In this document: piece by piece, positions 38,721 through 51,347 of the stretch | Layout of the letters: every line of letters begins with the position of its first letter | Numbering within the stretch: position 1 is the first letter of the stretch | Origin: Klebsormidium nitens | Lineage: Eukaryota > Plantae > Klebsormidiophyceae | Reading direction: 5' to 3' | Assembly (NCBI GenBank): GCA_000708835.1 | Contig: DF237388.1 | Coordinates: 12,986 to 76,985, forward strand | Length of the DNA: 64,000 nucleotides | Made by a program: the position numbers and the translations under genes | Notes under the pieces: model-generated | Seen by the model: only the letters and a program-made list of their open reading frames with translations | What the model was told of the DNA's origin: nothing | Database searches by the model: none

Positions 38721-41700
38721 TTAAGGGGCTGTAAGAATTTCGACCCCGTTGTCAGTAATCAATAGCGTATGCTCGAACTGAGCACTCCAACTTCCGTCCA
38801 CTGTGACGGACGTCCAGTTGTCGCTCCACACCCGGTCCCGCACTCCTCCCAAAGTGAACATAGGTTCTATACATGCGAGACAGTAGTGAGTGAGCAGAGA
38901 CCGTTTCATTCAGCAAAGTGCAGCTTCGTACACCAACAGCTACAAGAGAGACTATAAGGAAGACTCTGTTGGCTCACGTGCACGGAAAGCGGATCATTAA
39001 AAGAGCGCATCTTTCTTGGACTTTCTAAGTGGGTCAAGACGAAGTCGCTCTGGCCCGAGAGCTTCGTGGTCCGATAGTAAAAGGTGAACGCAACAATTCC
39101 CAACAGATTAAACAAGCCAATCAGGTCGGGACACAGCGACTTGCGGCTCACCTATCGTGAACGTTTGGTTCTTCACCATAACACCAGGCTTGTTATTTCC
39201 TGCAGGCAAACACATGAAAGCGCTCGGTATACCTTCTTTCGCGACCGTCGCCAATGCTTAAAAACGAGCAAGCGGGATTTCAACAGCCGCACATTCTGTA
39301 GCTAGTAGGTAGAGCTCAATAAAGAACGAAACTAGCTAGACACGTCTGTAGAAAAACCTTAAACTCTGAGGAGCTCAAGGGGGCCAGGCACGGCCAACCA
39401 GACCCTTCGGATGCTTCTGGGGGATGCTGACGACAGAAATTCCTCTCTATTACTCAAAACGCCTTCGGTTGTGAATAAACTCAACTAGCTTGTACAGGGC
39501 TTGCAAAAGCAACTGCGCTGAACACGATCCCGAACCGGAGAACTTTATGGTGTGCGCTTTTTGTTCGGTGCACAATTCTATGAATTGTCTGGAGATGATA
39601 ATGATTCTTCGGTGGGAAAATTTGACTACAGTTAAGAGGTCTGACAAACGTGTGTTGTGGACTTGCTGGAGGCAGATCAAGCTCGGATGAGAGGGCTGAC
39701 GGTGTGTTTTTATCACGCTGAAAAAGACAGGTCCAACCTATATTACCCCGCCGAGCACCTAGGAACTTCAGAAGGGCCCATCAAAGAGACTTCAGACGGG
39801 CGCACAAAAAGGACGTCAACAAAAGCTTCGCAGAAACCCTTCAGCTCGCTCCCCCTTTTTCAAGGGCCGAAGATGCAATCTAGTGAGACGACTCGTTCTA
39901 CAACGCATGCCGCAACTTTACGCTTTTAGAACAGCAAAGCCTCTTGACGAGTCTCTGAATCCAGGTAAACTTTATCAATAAAGCAGAGCCAAGTCGCAGA
40001 TCGCAGATCCGGCACATCCGACGTTCAAACTTCAAATAGATTTTAGCCGCGTTTTGTTGAAAGGACTCACGATTATGTAGGATCGTGGGGCCGGAATGAA
40101 AGATCTGCCCGACTCCATGGCCAATGTACTGATGCACAACGCCCAGCTTGTATTTGTCACCAATGGCACTGCACACAATGATTCGGGTCAGCGGCAAACC
40201 CTCAACAGCAAGTCTTGACCCTCAGGGTTAGTCCCTGACCCTCGATGGGGTGAGATCCTTGACAGTCCGGACCGAAACCTCAACGGTCAGGCCCTAACTT
40301 TAAACGGTCGGAATTTCACCCTCGACCAAATCCCCGGCGATTGGGGCCAAACCTTTGACAGGCGGAAAGCCCATCTTGATTTCAGACCGCCTTTTGAAGC
40401 TCTGATTGAGAACAGTCGACGATCCGGACTAATCTTGCATAGTTGGGAGTCTAAAAACCCAGAGTCAGGCCGGCTCCCTTGCGCACGCCGATTTTAATCG
40501 CCCATAAGGAGGAGAAGTTCATTTGTGTCAATTTGTCCAGTATACATCCAGTCCCGAATAGAGTGCACTTCCCGCAGTTGCTTGCAAGACCCAAACAAGA
40601 AAGGGGACAACGGCGACGATTTCAACTTACTGTATCGTCTTGCCAATCTTGTTGTACGGCACCCCTGGTGCACAGATGGCAATCGCAGCGTCCAAAGCCT
40701 CCTTCGTAGCCTGACAGACGACAACAGGAGACTCAAATTCAGTTCCTGATCCATCGTTTGTAGAAGGCCTAGTCGCTACTCCCCGCGAATGCAATCCAGT
40801 AGCACCAAGCGGTCTTCGATGTTCGAGCGGAAATATAAACACCCAACTTAAAGAGGGGCATCTAACGTAGCTATCCAATTTCCCCAAAAGTCAACGGCTC
40901 AGGATAACCGACTCTTATTCCGATCAAGGCGCTGGGACTTGGAGACGAAAGAAGCAAAAAGTAGCGAAGAATGTCGCCTATGGGTTCGTAAGGCAACGTA
41001 CACTTCGGGCTGCGAACAAGTCGCTTTTCAGAATGCTGCGTAACTCACCGCCACTAATCTTCTGGCCTCCGGAGCAACGTTGCCGCAGAAGAAGGTGGCG
41101 GACGTGTCTCCGTGGTAGCCCTGATTCACAAAGCGGAAGTATTTCAGTGATAACTGGTTGTAAGGTTCCGAGGTCGTCATTGACAAAACGGGCTGACAAC
41201 CGAACAGGAGTCAGTGATGAACCTTTGCGAACCTCAGGAAAAAAGTGTCAGCGAACCTGACTTTGAAAGGTCCAATCTTGCACTGCATTTAAATCCAGAT
41301 GTACGAATCTAGGGACCTTGCAGAAACCTGACAAAACTCATTTACCGTCTCTAAGAAAGAAAGACATACCAAGAGCGTTAGGCGGTGTCTCAAGCCTAAG
41401 GCAAGGGTTCAAAAAATAGGCTTCATGGCCATTTCAGGGAGATATAAAGCAGCGAAGAGCCTTATTTGAATGTCGGCGCCTTTTTGCCTACTGTTTCGGG
41501 GTTGTTTGGCCTCACTTACATTCAGGAAGACTGTCACATCGATGTTGATGATATCGCCATCCTGCAACGAGAAACGGGCTGATTCAGCGAGTAATTCCTT
41601 GCAGGTTGACCGTAAGAGGTCTTCACGACGAGAGATTCCGTAGAAGCCCCTAACAGGATTAGGAAAAACTTCCGCTTTTCCAGACCCGTATCCGATGGAA

Positions 41701-44123
41701 AACACATGAACGTCCCCTACCGTCTTGCCAACAGCGGGTTTCAACCTCTTCTTTCCTGTTGCAGTCTTTCAAAATAACAAGAAGATTAGTCCGTCCGTGC
41801 GTATCTTCCGATCCATTCTTCAACTTCCTCCCGTCACCTCAAGCCCTTGCGCTATGCCACCTCCAAACGATTGCACTATGTCGGAAGCCTTTGGCAACTG
41901 AAACTCGTATCTCAACCTCGAATCAGCTAAAGGCAGGTGAAAACCGCACCTCCAGTGGTCTCGAGTCCGGTATGCCATGGCATATGCACTCGTTGACAGA
42001 CGTGCAAACGCTCTTCGGAAATCTGCCGTAGTTGAGGGGGGAAGGGTATGCGCCAGCTTCGATGATCATCTTATGCACGGCCTTGTCGATGGAGTCCGTC
42101 GTGACACCAGGCTGCAGGGGCAAGGGAACAGTCAGAATGGCTCCTTTTGAGTAGTCAGAAATGTACATTCTGAGCTTCAAGAGATTGACAGAATATATCT
42201 TGCGCCCTTTATTGAGAACACACGAAGCCTCTCTTAATCTCCCTGCTCCAATCCCGCAGCTTCGAGCATTCTCCTGCGTTCTAGCGGAGAACGCAAACGT
42301 CCGTTGCTCTTCTTTCCTTGGAGATGGGGGCTTACATGTGCGGTTGCTGACTTGTGAGCGACCATTTCCAATCGGTGGGCTCATACGTTTCAAATTGAAC
42401 CCTATGACGCGGGTAGTTGAAAATCGACTCAAGTCAGTAGGAACATTTCTGGAATATCATCTTCAACGATAAAAATCTCGGGTCTTCGAAATGTCATCCA
42501 CAATCGGCTCTTTTGACCAGTCCAACAGTTATGGGGTTTCGCACCAGGAGCAGTGTTTCAACCGCCCGGACTCGCACACCCTACCTCAACAGTAGCACCC
42601 ATCAAGTCACGTGCGCTTAGAAGGAGACGGCGGTCTCAGTAAAACGGCCAGCATGCAAGCTCCAAAATCAGCGACGAAATCTACCTAGGCTGGGCCCCCT
42701 CAATCAACGCAGACGGGTCTGTGATTGTTTTACACCCACCTTGACGAGCGTCCCCGCATAGTCCCGCACCTCCGCCGCCAGTTTCCCCGCCGCGCGCATC
42801 CGCTTGATGCCCTCTGCGTCGTGGATCTGAAGGTGGTCCTCCTCAAAAGGGGGGGAGACGCCGCTTTCAGCGTATGAGGGACGGGGGATGTTGGGGGGGA
42901 CAACTAGGGTGGGGGAGACCTGCCCTCGCTCCAGGCGCTTTGATCCTGGGCCCCTGCGGTACGTTAGGAGGGGGTTTGAAGTCCTTAGTCCTCTTGCAAA
43001 GCATAGAATCACATGCACACGCGGGATTTGTCGACCTACAAGACGTGTTAACCTACTAGTCGCAGTCTTGTTTGATGGCGATGGACAAATCCGATGTTGC
43101 GAGGTCTCTGTGGAATAGAGAAAGGCAGGACGGTTGGGCATTCTGGTTTGTAGATTTTGTGTACCGGTAGCTAAAAGCAGCAGCAAATACCACTCAACTT
43201 TGAGGGGGTCAATCAGACCTGTAAGGAGACCAATTGAAGCACATTGTCTCGCAGACAGGGAAACATAAGGAAAGGCCACGCGCCTACCTCTCTCGGGTTG
43301 GCTTCATCAACTCCATCAACCCAAACTTCCTTGCCGTCACCATAAAAGAGCGCTGGGCCTCCCTCGGCCTCTCTGCACGGTCAAGAAAGCAGACTTAGGG
43401 GCCGACCAACTAAGCTTCTTGAGGACCGGGGGGGCTTTCGAGGAATCAAGGCGGGGAGGGAATATGTGTGTCATAAGGGTTGCACTAGGGACTTGAAACC
43501 CCCAACTTCGAAGGTGATGCTTCATTGTGGAAGCAATGGAATCCTCAAATGGCATAATCAAGAACCTGTCAGAGCATCACAAAGCAAGAAGAACAGAGTT
43601 GGCGATTGTTGGGGTTGAGTGCTGGGGGCCCTTGAAAAAACTTTTCACACTGGTGACAGCATTGCATCTTTTCAAACGACCCGCTCTGTCTATGCTGTTT
43701 CACACTTTCTTTTGCCTATCCAGATACAACTTCGACAAGTGCAATGTTTGTACGTGCCGGGCCCCTCATTGATCGAGTCAGTCCGGTGTATAGATAGTGC
43801 CGAACAATAAGATCTTCAGAACTACATACCAGTCTCCAATTAAAGAAACCTCTAGAGGACAACAGACCAGCTTTCACAACTCACAATTGAAAAAGGAACT
43901 TCATACCTGTGCTTTCTTGAAGCAACTGGGCCCCGTTCGCAAAGTCTGAAGCAGCAGAACCAGACAGTTCCCTCCTCTGCACCCTAGCACTCGTCAGACA
44001 CAACGCGCTAGGAACGACGATGCCGGGTGGCAAGTCCTGAATCCTTTGAAGACTAGCTGGGCCCGCCAACTGCAAGCGCAGCGACGAAGCACAGCGGAGA
44101 GAGCCGCTTGTCATGGAGGCCAT
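38721..44123 (-). CDS. MAP1D: Methionine aminopeptidase 1, organellar (MAP1D-like); 10 exons, ~387 aa
   Basis: Exons 43907-44123, 43288-43372, 42740-42953, 41950-42111, 41520-41561, 41049-41120, 40631-40710, 40071-40168, 39152-39199 and 38721-38866 (1164 nt). Motifs [19 protein letters not shown] and metal ligands [39 protein letters not shown] and NQTFTIEPM match the MAP1D subtype better than MAP1B. The exon 2 choice is less certain. Confidence 0.9.
40195..40340. repeat. Degenerate ~20-bp minisatellite, about 7 units, in a MAP1D intron
   Basis: accctc / ccttgac / acctcaac cores recur at about 40198, 40218, 40238, 40258, 40277, 40297 and 40318. Confidence 0.55.
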
Positions 44124-44545
44124 ACCCTTCCCTCAAAGAGTGACGCTTTCCGTGTCTCCTACCTATCTCAATCTTCTCCGGTTCCCTGGAGGAATCTTGC
44201 TACTTTAACAACAGCGCCTACAAGCTCACTCCCTGGATCCCTTTTGAAACTAGCTTGGCAAAAGTTGTAGCCCTAGCCAGCATGAGCAAGGTGTTTTGCC
44301 TTTTACTAAGTTTTAGGGTTTGCTTTCTAGGGTTTTGAGACGGCATTGATTAATATTGATAACCAAAACGAGCTGGCCCCCGGGCCCCAGCTGAGGAACC
44401 AGGGTGAATAGTGGCGGCGCGCCCTTTGCATGAGCGGCGCAGGGGACGCAAGGCCTCTCAAGTTCTGCTCAAGAGTGTCCTCGGGGCTTCAGAGGAGAGG
44501 AGTTGGTCTGCAGCCAGTCACTTATAAACAGTCTCTCCTGCCACC
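44124..44545. promoter_or_regulatory. Candidate bidirectional promoter between MAP1D and EB1-like, with two telo-boxes and GGCCC site-II-like motifs
   Basis: The start codons are 422 bp apart, head to head. TAGGGTTT occurs at about 44314-44321 and 44328-44335, and a GC palindrome agctggcccccgggccccagct at about 44371-44392. Confidence 0.5.
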
Positions 44546-47500
44546 ATGAATGAGGTCAAGGTGCAGCAAGTTGTGCGGATCGAGAAGAAGCTGGGACGCT
44601 TGGTGAGGAAGACACACCAATTTTGCGAAATGCAGGTCTCAAAATGTGATCTGCTATGTTGTACGACCTATGACAGCTGGGAATGTGGAAAGAGGGAAAG
44701 TAAGCAATCTGCATATGGTACGGTAGCATGGTACATGCGCTGATTGAGTAGCATACTAACCAATGTGTCTACGATGTCCAAGAAAGTGGACTCTGGATGA
44801 TGCGAAAGTTGCAGTTTCGTTTCTATTCTGCTTGATTGGAGAGACGTCGCTGAGCTGCATTGAAGAGAGGGGGAATAGAGCAAATCTTTCTGGTGGTGGT
44901 AGTTTTAACCACCAGCGCCTAAAGCAGCGGACCAAGACATGTGGACAATCTTGTGCTTGAGGTACATCCCAAGATTGTCCATGCACACTTGGAGTTTTCT
45001 CAGTATGGTACCGATGTTGATTTCCAAGAAAGGGCGCAACTGAACATCTCCATGATGTACTTACTTGTACAATACTGGAGAGGAGTTGAGAGCTAGCCTG
45101 AGATAGACTTTCAATGGACTTCAATCAAGTGCTGACGACATTGTCTTTCTTCTTCAGGAGCTGCTCAATTGGCTAAATGAAACGCTTCGGACTGACTATG
45201 CGAAGGTTCAGGACTGTGCCGATGGTGAGGCTGAGCTTAGTCTATCAGATCACTTAAGATTCACTCACTTGCTTGGCAGTCGTAATCAAAGCAAAAACTT
45301 TTGCAGTGCCACCTCTTACAAACCTTGACCTACCGGAAAGCTCGTTTTACTGTTCCGCAAAGGGGAGAAAGACACACTGTACAGGTTTACCTTTCTGAAA
45401 CACATAATATGATTATGCGATTTCTAGACCTTGTCTAAGTATCTCAAGTGCGTCCTCCTTATCACGAAAGCTGTACTTTTCTCCACTGTCGCCACCTCAT
45501 GAAAGCTGTTCTCGACACCTGATGATTTGTTGCAGTGTGATTGTAATTCTTGTGTCTCTGTAGATCTCTTCTATCTTGATTATCCACTCTCATCCCTTCA
45601 CGAATTAAATAAGCAGGGCCATCAGTTCTCTATAAGAAACTTCCGTTGACTTTGCTCTGCAGTTTACAATGAGAGTCTCTACTTTTCTAGTGTGGCTCAA
45701 ACCAAGATGCAACCTCTGATGCTTCTCTTGTACCTTTTCCCAGCCTTGGAAGAGACTCCACTTTACTTTGATACGCTCGTCTTTGTCAAGGCTGAGCCTA
45801 ACAGTCAGTCGTCGCTTCTCAGCTTATGATACCTGGTCATTCCTCCAGGCATAGCTTATTGCCAGCTCATCGACACCCTGGCACCGGGGCTCGTTCCCCT
45901 CCATAAGCTGAGCTTCACAGCCCGGACGTTGGATGACAACATGAAGAATCTGCGGATCCTGGAGGAGGCAATGTATAAGCTCGGGGTTCGGAAGGACATT
46001 GACGTGCCGGGACTTGCAAAGGGCAAGTTCCAGGTCAGAAGACTCTTCCTTACGTGTCAAACATGCCACGCTCCTTCCAATTGACGCTACAATCATGAAA
46101 GAGGTGGTCGTTTTCGCGGCAATTGCTCGGAAGCGAGTGTTCATGAGCTGCAGACAGCACCGATTGCAGTGCGAACAAAGCTGACAGAGAGCCTGAGGAT
46201 TGTGCAAGTGAAGCCAAATGACTTTTGAATACCTGTGAAGGAAGCTTAACCGTCGAGAAAGTCCTCGCAACAAAAGGAATGCGTTCTGTAGACGCGTGTC
46301 ATCTTGAACGGCACATAATACTATATTCAGAAAGGCTTCCAGCGCGAAGGCTGTGAATCGGTATCAAGGGGAGGTTCGACCAAGTCATCTTTTCAATGTT
46401 GTCCCCGTCTTATCGGTCGTTCAGGAGACTCATCAAGGCGAGAGCGAGATCCGTTCACGTAGCCTCACAGGTTGCTCTCCCCTGACGCGAGCAGGACCGC
46501 CCCTCAAATGCTCGACAGACGCTCCCTCTCGAACACACGAAACAGACCGCTCCTGCGGCAAAAGCCTGACAGACCGCCCTCCCTGAAGCACTGCTAAATC
46601 GCCCCTTTGCTGAGTCTGACGGACCGCCTCCATTACACTGTGCAGGAGAACAACGAGTTTTTGCAGTGGCTGCATGCGCTCCTCCAAAAGAACAGTTACG
46701 TCCCTCCCGATGCATATAAGGTGAGCACCGCAGAAGCAATCAAAATTCTTCTAACTACGAAGGTCGACGCTGGATGTTCAAACCCAGCGCCAAGCAAAGT
46801 GTTACGACTCCAGCCGGTGCGCATTTGTCTTCACCGAGCTGTGATGTATCATTCCTTTAAAATCTAACAAAGAACAACCAGTAACAGCGGAACTTTGATC
46901 TGATCTTCTTTGATTAAGGACGGCTGGCAACCTGTGAGCACGCACCTTTGCCTGCAACACCCAGCACAGTCTTGACGATCAAAGGAATGAAATACGGAAG
47001 TTCAACGGAGAAGGGCCGCGCCATTTCTTTCTGATTGACCACACAATCAAAACGGAGGTTTGCAATTGTCGAAGTTCTAGAATTCAAATTGGAAACGTCT
47101 TTGCAGGCTTTCGAGAGGCGCTGGGCGGCTCAGGAGCGCCAGAAGAAGGGCGCGGGGGGGGTTGGGAGTCGGTCTAAAGGGCGGCAGCACCAGCTGAATA
47201 ACAACCTGGTGCCGAACGAGGTGAAAATCAACACCGTCTGAACTCTCCGGTTTCAACCAGCAAAGGGCATCTCCATAGCTCGACTCCTTTTTCGAGACGT
47301 GAGATTCCCTTTTGACGGATGGTTATCAAAGTCAGCATAAACAGGATCTTCGCCCATTCCTGCCCACCGGAAGCGGTGTCTCCTCCGACCGTTCGAAAGT
47401 TTGGTTGAGTGGTTTCAACCTGAAATCTTTGTGAAAGACAATCTCTGCGCTTATTTAGTCTCAGCTCCACTGAACTCTCCCGCCCCCTTGCAACTTTAAC

Positions 47501-49280
47501 CACACGGTTCCCGTCTGCAGTATGAATGGCACGAGGGCCCAGTACGAGACGCTCCCCCTCAGGCCAAACCCCCCATTCTAAACGGCGTCAAACCCGCTCG
47601 CCCTTCCGTGGACACAGCAAAGCGACAGAGCAGTAACGCAGCCGAAAGCACCGGTCTTGACCCCCCGAGAAGACCGAGAGGCCCTGTTGGCGAAACGCCG
47701 AGCCTGGCCGCCCCTAGTAGAACTCGTCCCGACAGGGCCTCAGCTGACGGGCCGGTGTTAATGGAGAGTAGAACGGCTGCTCGGGGGAGTGACGATTGGA
47801 AGGGGTTGGATGAGCGCGTGAGCTGGATCGGGGGGACGCTCGGGCGCGGTAAAGAAGCCTGGTTGGCGGACCCCCTTTTTGCGGAGTTGGAGGATTTGCA
47901 GTTCGAGGGGGGCAACAGCTTGAGAGACGCACGGGGAAGCGAGATCGACGCGAGAGAGGCGTCGCGAAACGCGAAGGGGGATGCGAGAAACAAGAGAGAG
48001 GATCTAGGAGGAGAGCGACTTTCAGGGATTGAGTCTCATCGAACGAGCGAACTAGACCGGGGAGCGAGAGCGTCGAGCGAGCAAGAATCGGGGAGTGAAC
48101 GGATGAGCGACGCCGTGGGGGGGTCGAGAAGACCTAGCGGCACAGGCGGTGAGAGTCGGAGAGATAGCGAGCAGAAGGGGGGCAAAATAAAGTCGAGCGC
48201 GCAAGAGCGGGGGTCAATAGCGTCAGGCGGCGGGGGGGTGGCACAAACGAGGCGGCAACAAGCGGAGCTTGAGAGCCTGATTGCGTACTTGGAAAGCGAG
48301 CTGGTCTCGCGGTTGCGGGCATTTGCGGACCTCAAGAAGGAGGTGAGGGGTGCGACTCGGCATGAGCACTTGTAGCGCAGCTTCCGTGAGTGAGAGAAGT
48401 GTTGCGGGTTCCGTACTTGGAACTTTTGGCGAAGTTGTCTTCATCGGTAGACGAAGTTCTTGACTCCAGGCGGGTCCAAGCCCGCTCTCCTGAGTGGCGG
48501 CTCAGATCCCCTCTTTATCCCTCCGTCAGCTCTTCCTGGATAAGATCGTTTTGTCGATTCAAAGCTGTGCCCAGTGCTAGGAATGCGAGAAGAGTAAAAC
48601 GAGGAAAAGTTCGTTGAGATTGGGTGACACTAGGGCTACAGCGACCTGCCAAATCCTGATAACGCAAGATATGGAGACCCTTCGGTGAAGGAAGGACCAG
48701 ACCTCGACGTCCGGATTGACATTCAAAAAAAGGAGGGGGGTTGGGGGGCACACCATTTTTGCGGTCCAGTAATCTGCTTAGTTCCTTTGCTTCGCTGGCA
48801 GGTGAAGCTGGTGGACGAAGAGAGAAGGTTCTATCACGAAAAGCTGCGGAGATTGGAGAAGGTGAGCTATCGTACTGCTAAGAGTACTGTTTAAGAAGAA
48901 AAATGCTTATGAAGCAGCGCTGGTTCATTCTCCAGGTGCCTGATCTTTCTCGTTCGCATCCAATCGCAAAATGAACGCCTGCGGGGTGAGGGTGGCACAG
49001 GTTTTGCAGGGCTCTAGAGCAGCTGAGCATATACTTACAGAGAGGCAAATTTTCTCTCAATCACTTGTGTAACGTGCATCATGAAGCAACATCTTGAAGG
49101 TCGGATGGTGCTTTGTTGTGTGCAAAAGCACCAAATGACATTATGCTGTTTTGCTGTGCGCAGCTATGCGAGCATGCTCACTCCGTTGATGCCGTCACTG
49201 AGATGGTGTTGCACGTGGTCGACATTCTGTCCAATGAAGACGACTGTCCAGCCATTAAGGACGTGTTGACAAGGACTTGA
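44546..49280 (+). CDS. EB1: Divergent EB1-like microtubule plus-end protein (CH domain, long low-complexity linker, EBH coiled coil); 8 exons, ~498 aa
   Basis: GCCACCATG start. Exons 44546-44602, 45158-45224, 45849-46033, 46646-46720, 47107-47220, 47521-48342, 48802-48861 and 49164-49280 (1497 nt). CH motifs GRLELLNWLNETL, GIAYCQLID..PLHKLSF and KGKFQENNEFLQW. EBH motif VKLVDEERRFYHEKLRRLEKLC. Confidence 0.8.
46490..46632. repeat. Degenerate ~26-bp minisatellite, about 6 units, in EB1-like intron 3
   Basis: cagaccgc(c/t)c-like cores at about 46492, 46516, 46543, 46570, 46596 and 46620, ending about 13 nt before the acceptor at 46645. Confidence 0.55.
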
Positions 49281-50433
49281 TCTGCTTTTTACTAGAAAGT
49301 AAGCAAGGGTCAGGTACTAACAAACAGGCGCGTTTCGACGACCAAGGTCACCGTATTGGGTGGTAGTCAATATCTGTTCACAACGTCCTTAAGCTTTGGT
49401 TGCGGTGCACGGTCTTTGCTGAGACCCCTCTACCGAGGCGCTCAGTCACTCCCAGTGATTTGTTGTGAGACATCGTTGAGGAGATGTTGGATCACTAGGC
49501 AGGTCCTGTAAATGCTGCCTAGCATGCCGCTGCTGTTGATGGAATTCACTGGGCCTAAGGTGCACAACTGTAATCATACATGTGCTTTCAAGTTTGCCCT
49601 TGATTAGCATGCCATACGTGCAGCTTACTGACTGCAATGACGCCGATAATTGAGTGACCGTGACCCGGCACATACCTCAGCTAGGGACAACTGTGGCATG
49701 CTCTATATGGATAACTCGCATATATTCGATTGACTGCGTGACATGTGTTCTAGTGCCACAATACAGGTTATACTCAGTCACGTAGGTATACGGTGAACTC
49801 AAGCTTTCAACCACGTACACCAAACTTATCATGCAGCGGGCCCCTGGTAATACAAACTGTTCGCAATTGGAGTAACAGGTCGCAGCTGCCTCCAACCCAG
49901 CCATGCGCACACGTACCTTTTGCACTTGATGGATGATGTGGAGGGGACTCTTGCAGATTCCAAAGATGTTCAGAAGTTCGGCGCGACCCCAGGCGGCTAT
50001 GCAGCTCCTGCACCTAAAATTGAACTTTGGAATCCAGTCCCCACGTGCTTTGCCTCGTCCCTCAACTTCTCTAATTGCGCTTACAGGCTAGCTGTCACAT
50101 GATGATACCTCCGCTGGCAAAGTGCTAGGTCTTACACCATGTGCCCACAGCGCCGAATTACACATGCAATGGTGCAGCTCGCCAGTGCAAACGGCCGGCC
50201 GGTGACAGGTCGGAAAGGGAGGATTTGCAGATAGCAGATTAAGCAGGCTCAGCTGACTCTTCATTCCCAGGCCCTAAACAACTCGACTCCCCATGACAAT
50301 TTACTTTGCTCAGACCAGATCGACTTAACTAGCGATTCAACTGTGTTTTGTCTCTCTGTGTTCCAATTACCCTGCCGCTGCAAGGGTGGAACACTCTCAA
50401 CTAGCGCCAGATGTCTGTGAGGACCTCCTAAGG

Positions 50434-51347
50434 TTATGCAAGGTTCTCTGGCATGATGACATACACAGCTAACTTTTTCCAGACTGGGCCGATCACACTT
50501 TCTCCCCCAATGGCGAAGGTGAGGGTCCATGGAAGAAGAAGAGCAGTGAAGAGGGTGAAGCCGATGAGCGAATGTACCGTATCTACAGAAACAAGCGCAG
50601 AAAGTATCAACAACAAGTTTTGGGGCCACGAGTAATGCGCCCTGCAATATGGGAAAGTTGACTGAACAGAAATCATTGGGTCGTGCGAGCACTTTAGGAC
50701 TGCTTGAATCCAACCTTCTTTGTCTTGCAACAGGGCAAAGCAAAAGCTTCTGAGCTCCACTCTAGCTAGAGTCAACAATTACAAAGACTAATACAGTCAG
50801 TAACCTGCACCAGGTCTTGTAACATAAGATGAGAAAACGTTTCTTCAACAACCGCTGTTGAGATCTGGTGCTTACTTTTCCTGATGACGGAGTCGCCCCC
50901 ATAGCGCAGGACCGGCCAGAAATAGTAGCAATTGACGAACCACAGCCAGGGAAGCGCGAAGAACCCCCCAATGAACAGTGCACATCAGTCAAGGAGCTCA
51001 GCTTATGTGGAGATGCAAAGGTCATATTGGGCTTGCAATCAGAAAAGGCAACTGTCTGCAACTTGCGAAGCATGAAGACAAGCTGGCTGACACAGAAACC
51101 CAAGGGCCTTAAGCAGAATGCTCCAAGGCCTGTCCGATAGAACACAACAGTCACATGCTTGATGATCACTCAAGCATATCCCCTTTCAGCATCATATGCG
51201 TGGGCGTGCCACAATGCAGAGCTCTAAGTTTTTGGCGCTCTGGTTGAGGATATTGTTTCTTGACAGCTTCCGCCCCTCCTCCTCCTCCAGCCCGATGTCC
51301 CCATCTACAGTTAAAAAGCGCGTCTCTGGTGACACCTGCAGGTCCAT
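50434..51347 (-). CDS. PEN2: Gamma-secretase subunit PEN-2; 3 exons, ~114 aa; intron 1 is U12-type AT-AC
   Basis: Exons 51254-51347, 50876-50977 and 50434-50582 (345 nt). Translation includes FLTVDGDIGLEEEEGRKLSRNMFIGGFFALPWLWFVNCYYFWPVLR and HSLIGFTLFTALLLPWTLTFAIGGE..WKKL, matching plant PEN-2 (FALLPWLWFVNCFYFWPVLR..IGF..FTALL..WALTFSIGGE). Confidence 0.9.
50978..51253 (-). other. U12-type (minor spliceosome) AT-AC intron in PEN2
   Basis: 5' site ATATCCTCA at 51253-51245, branch site CTCCTTGAC at about 50996-50988, and 3' end ..TGTGCAC at 50978. No AG lies between an in-frame TGA and the conserved GGFFALPW, so no GT-AG model works. Confidence 0.88.

Noticed and set aside
38721-44123. Initial call as MAP1B
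   Set aside because: Diagnostic residues ([36 protein letters not shown]) fit MAP1D better.
49670-50380. Splice-site-like signals suggesting 3'-UTR exons downstream of PEN2
   Set aside because: Donors and acceptors are present but form no coherent chain, and could be chance.
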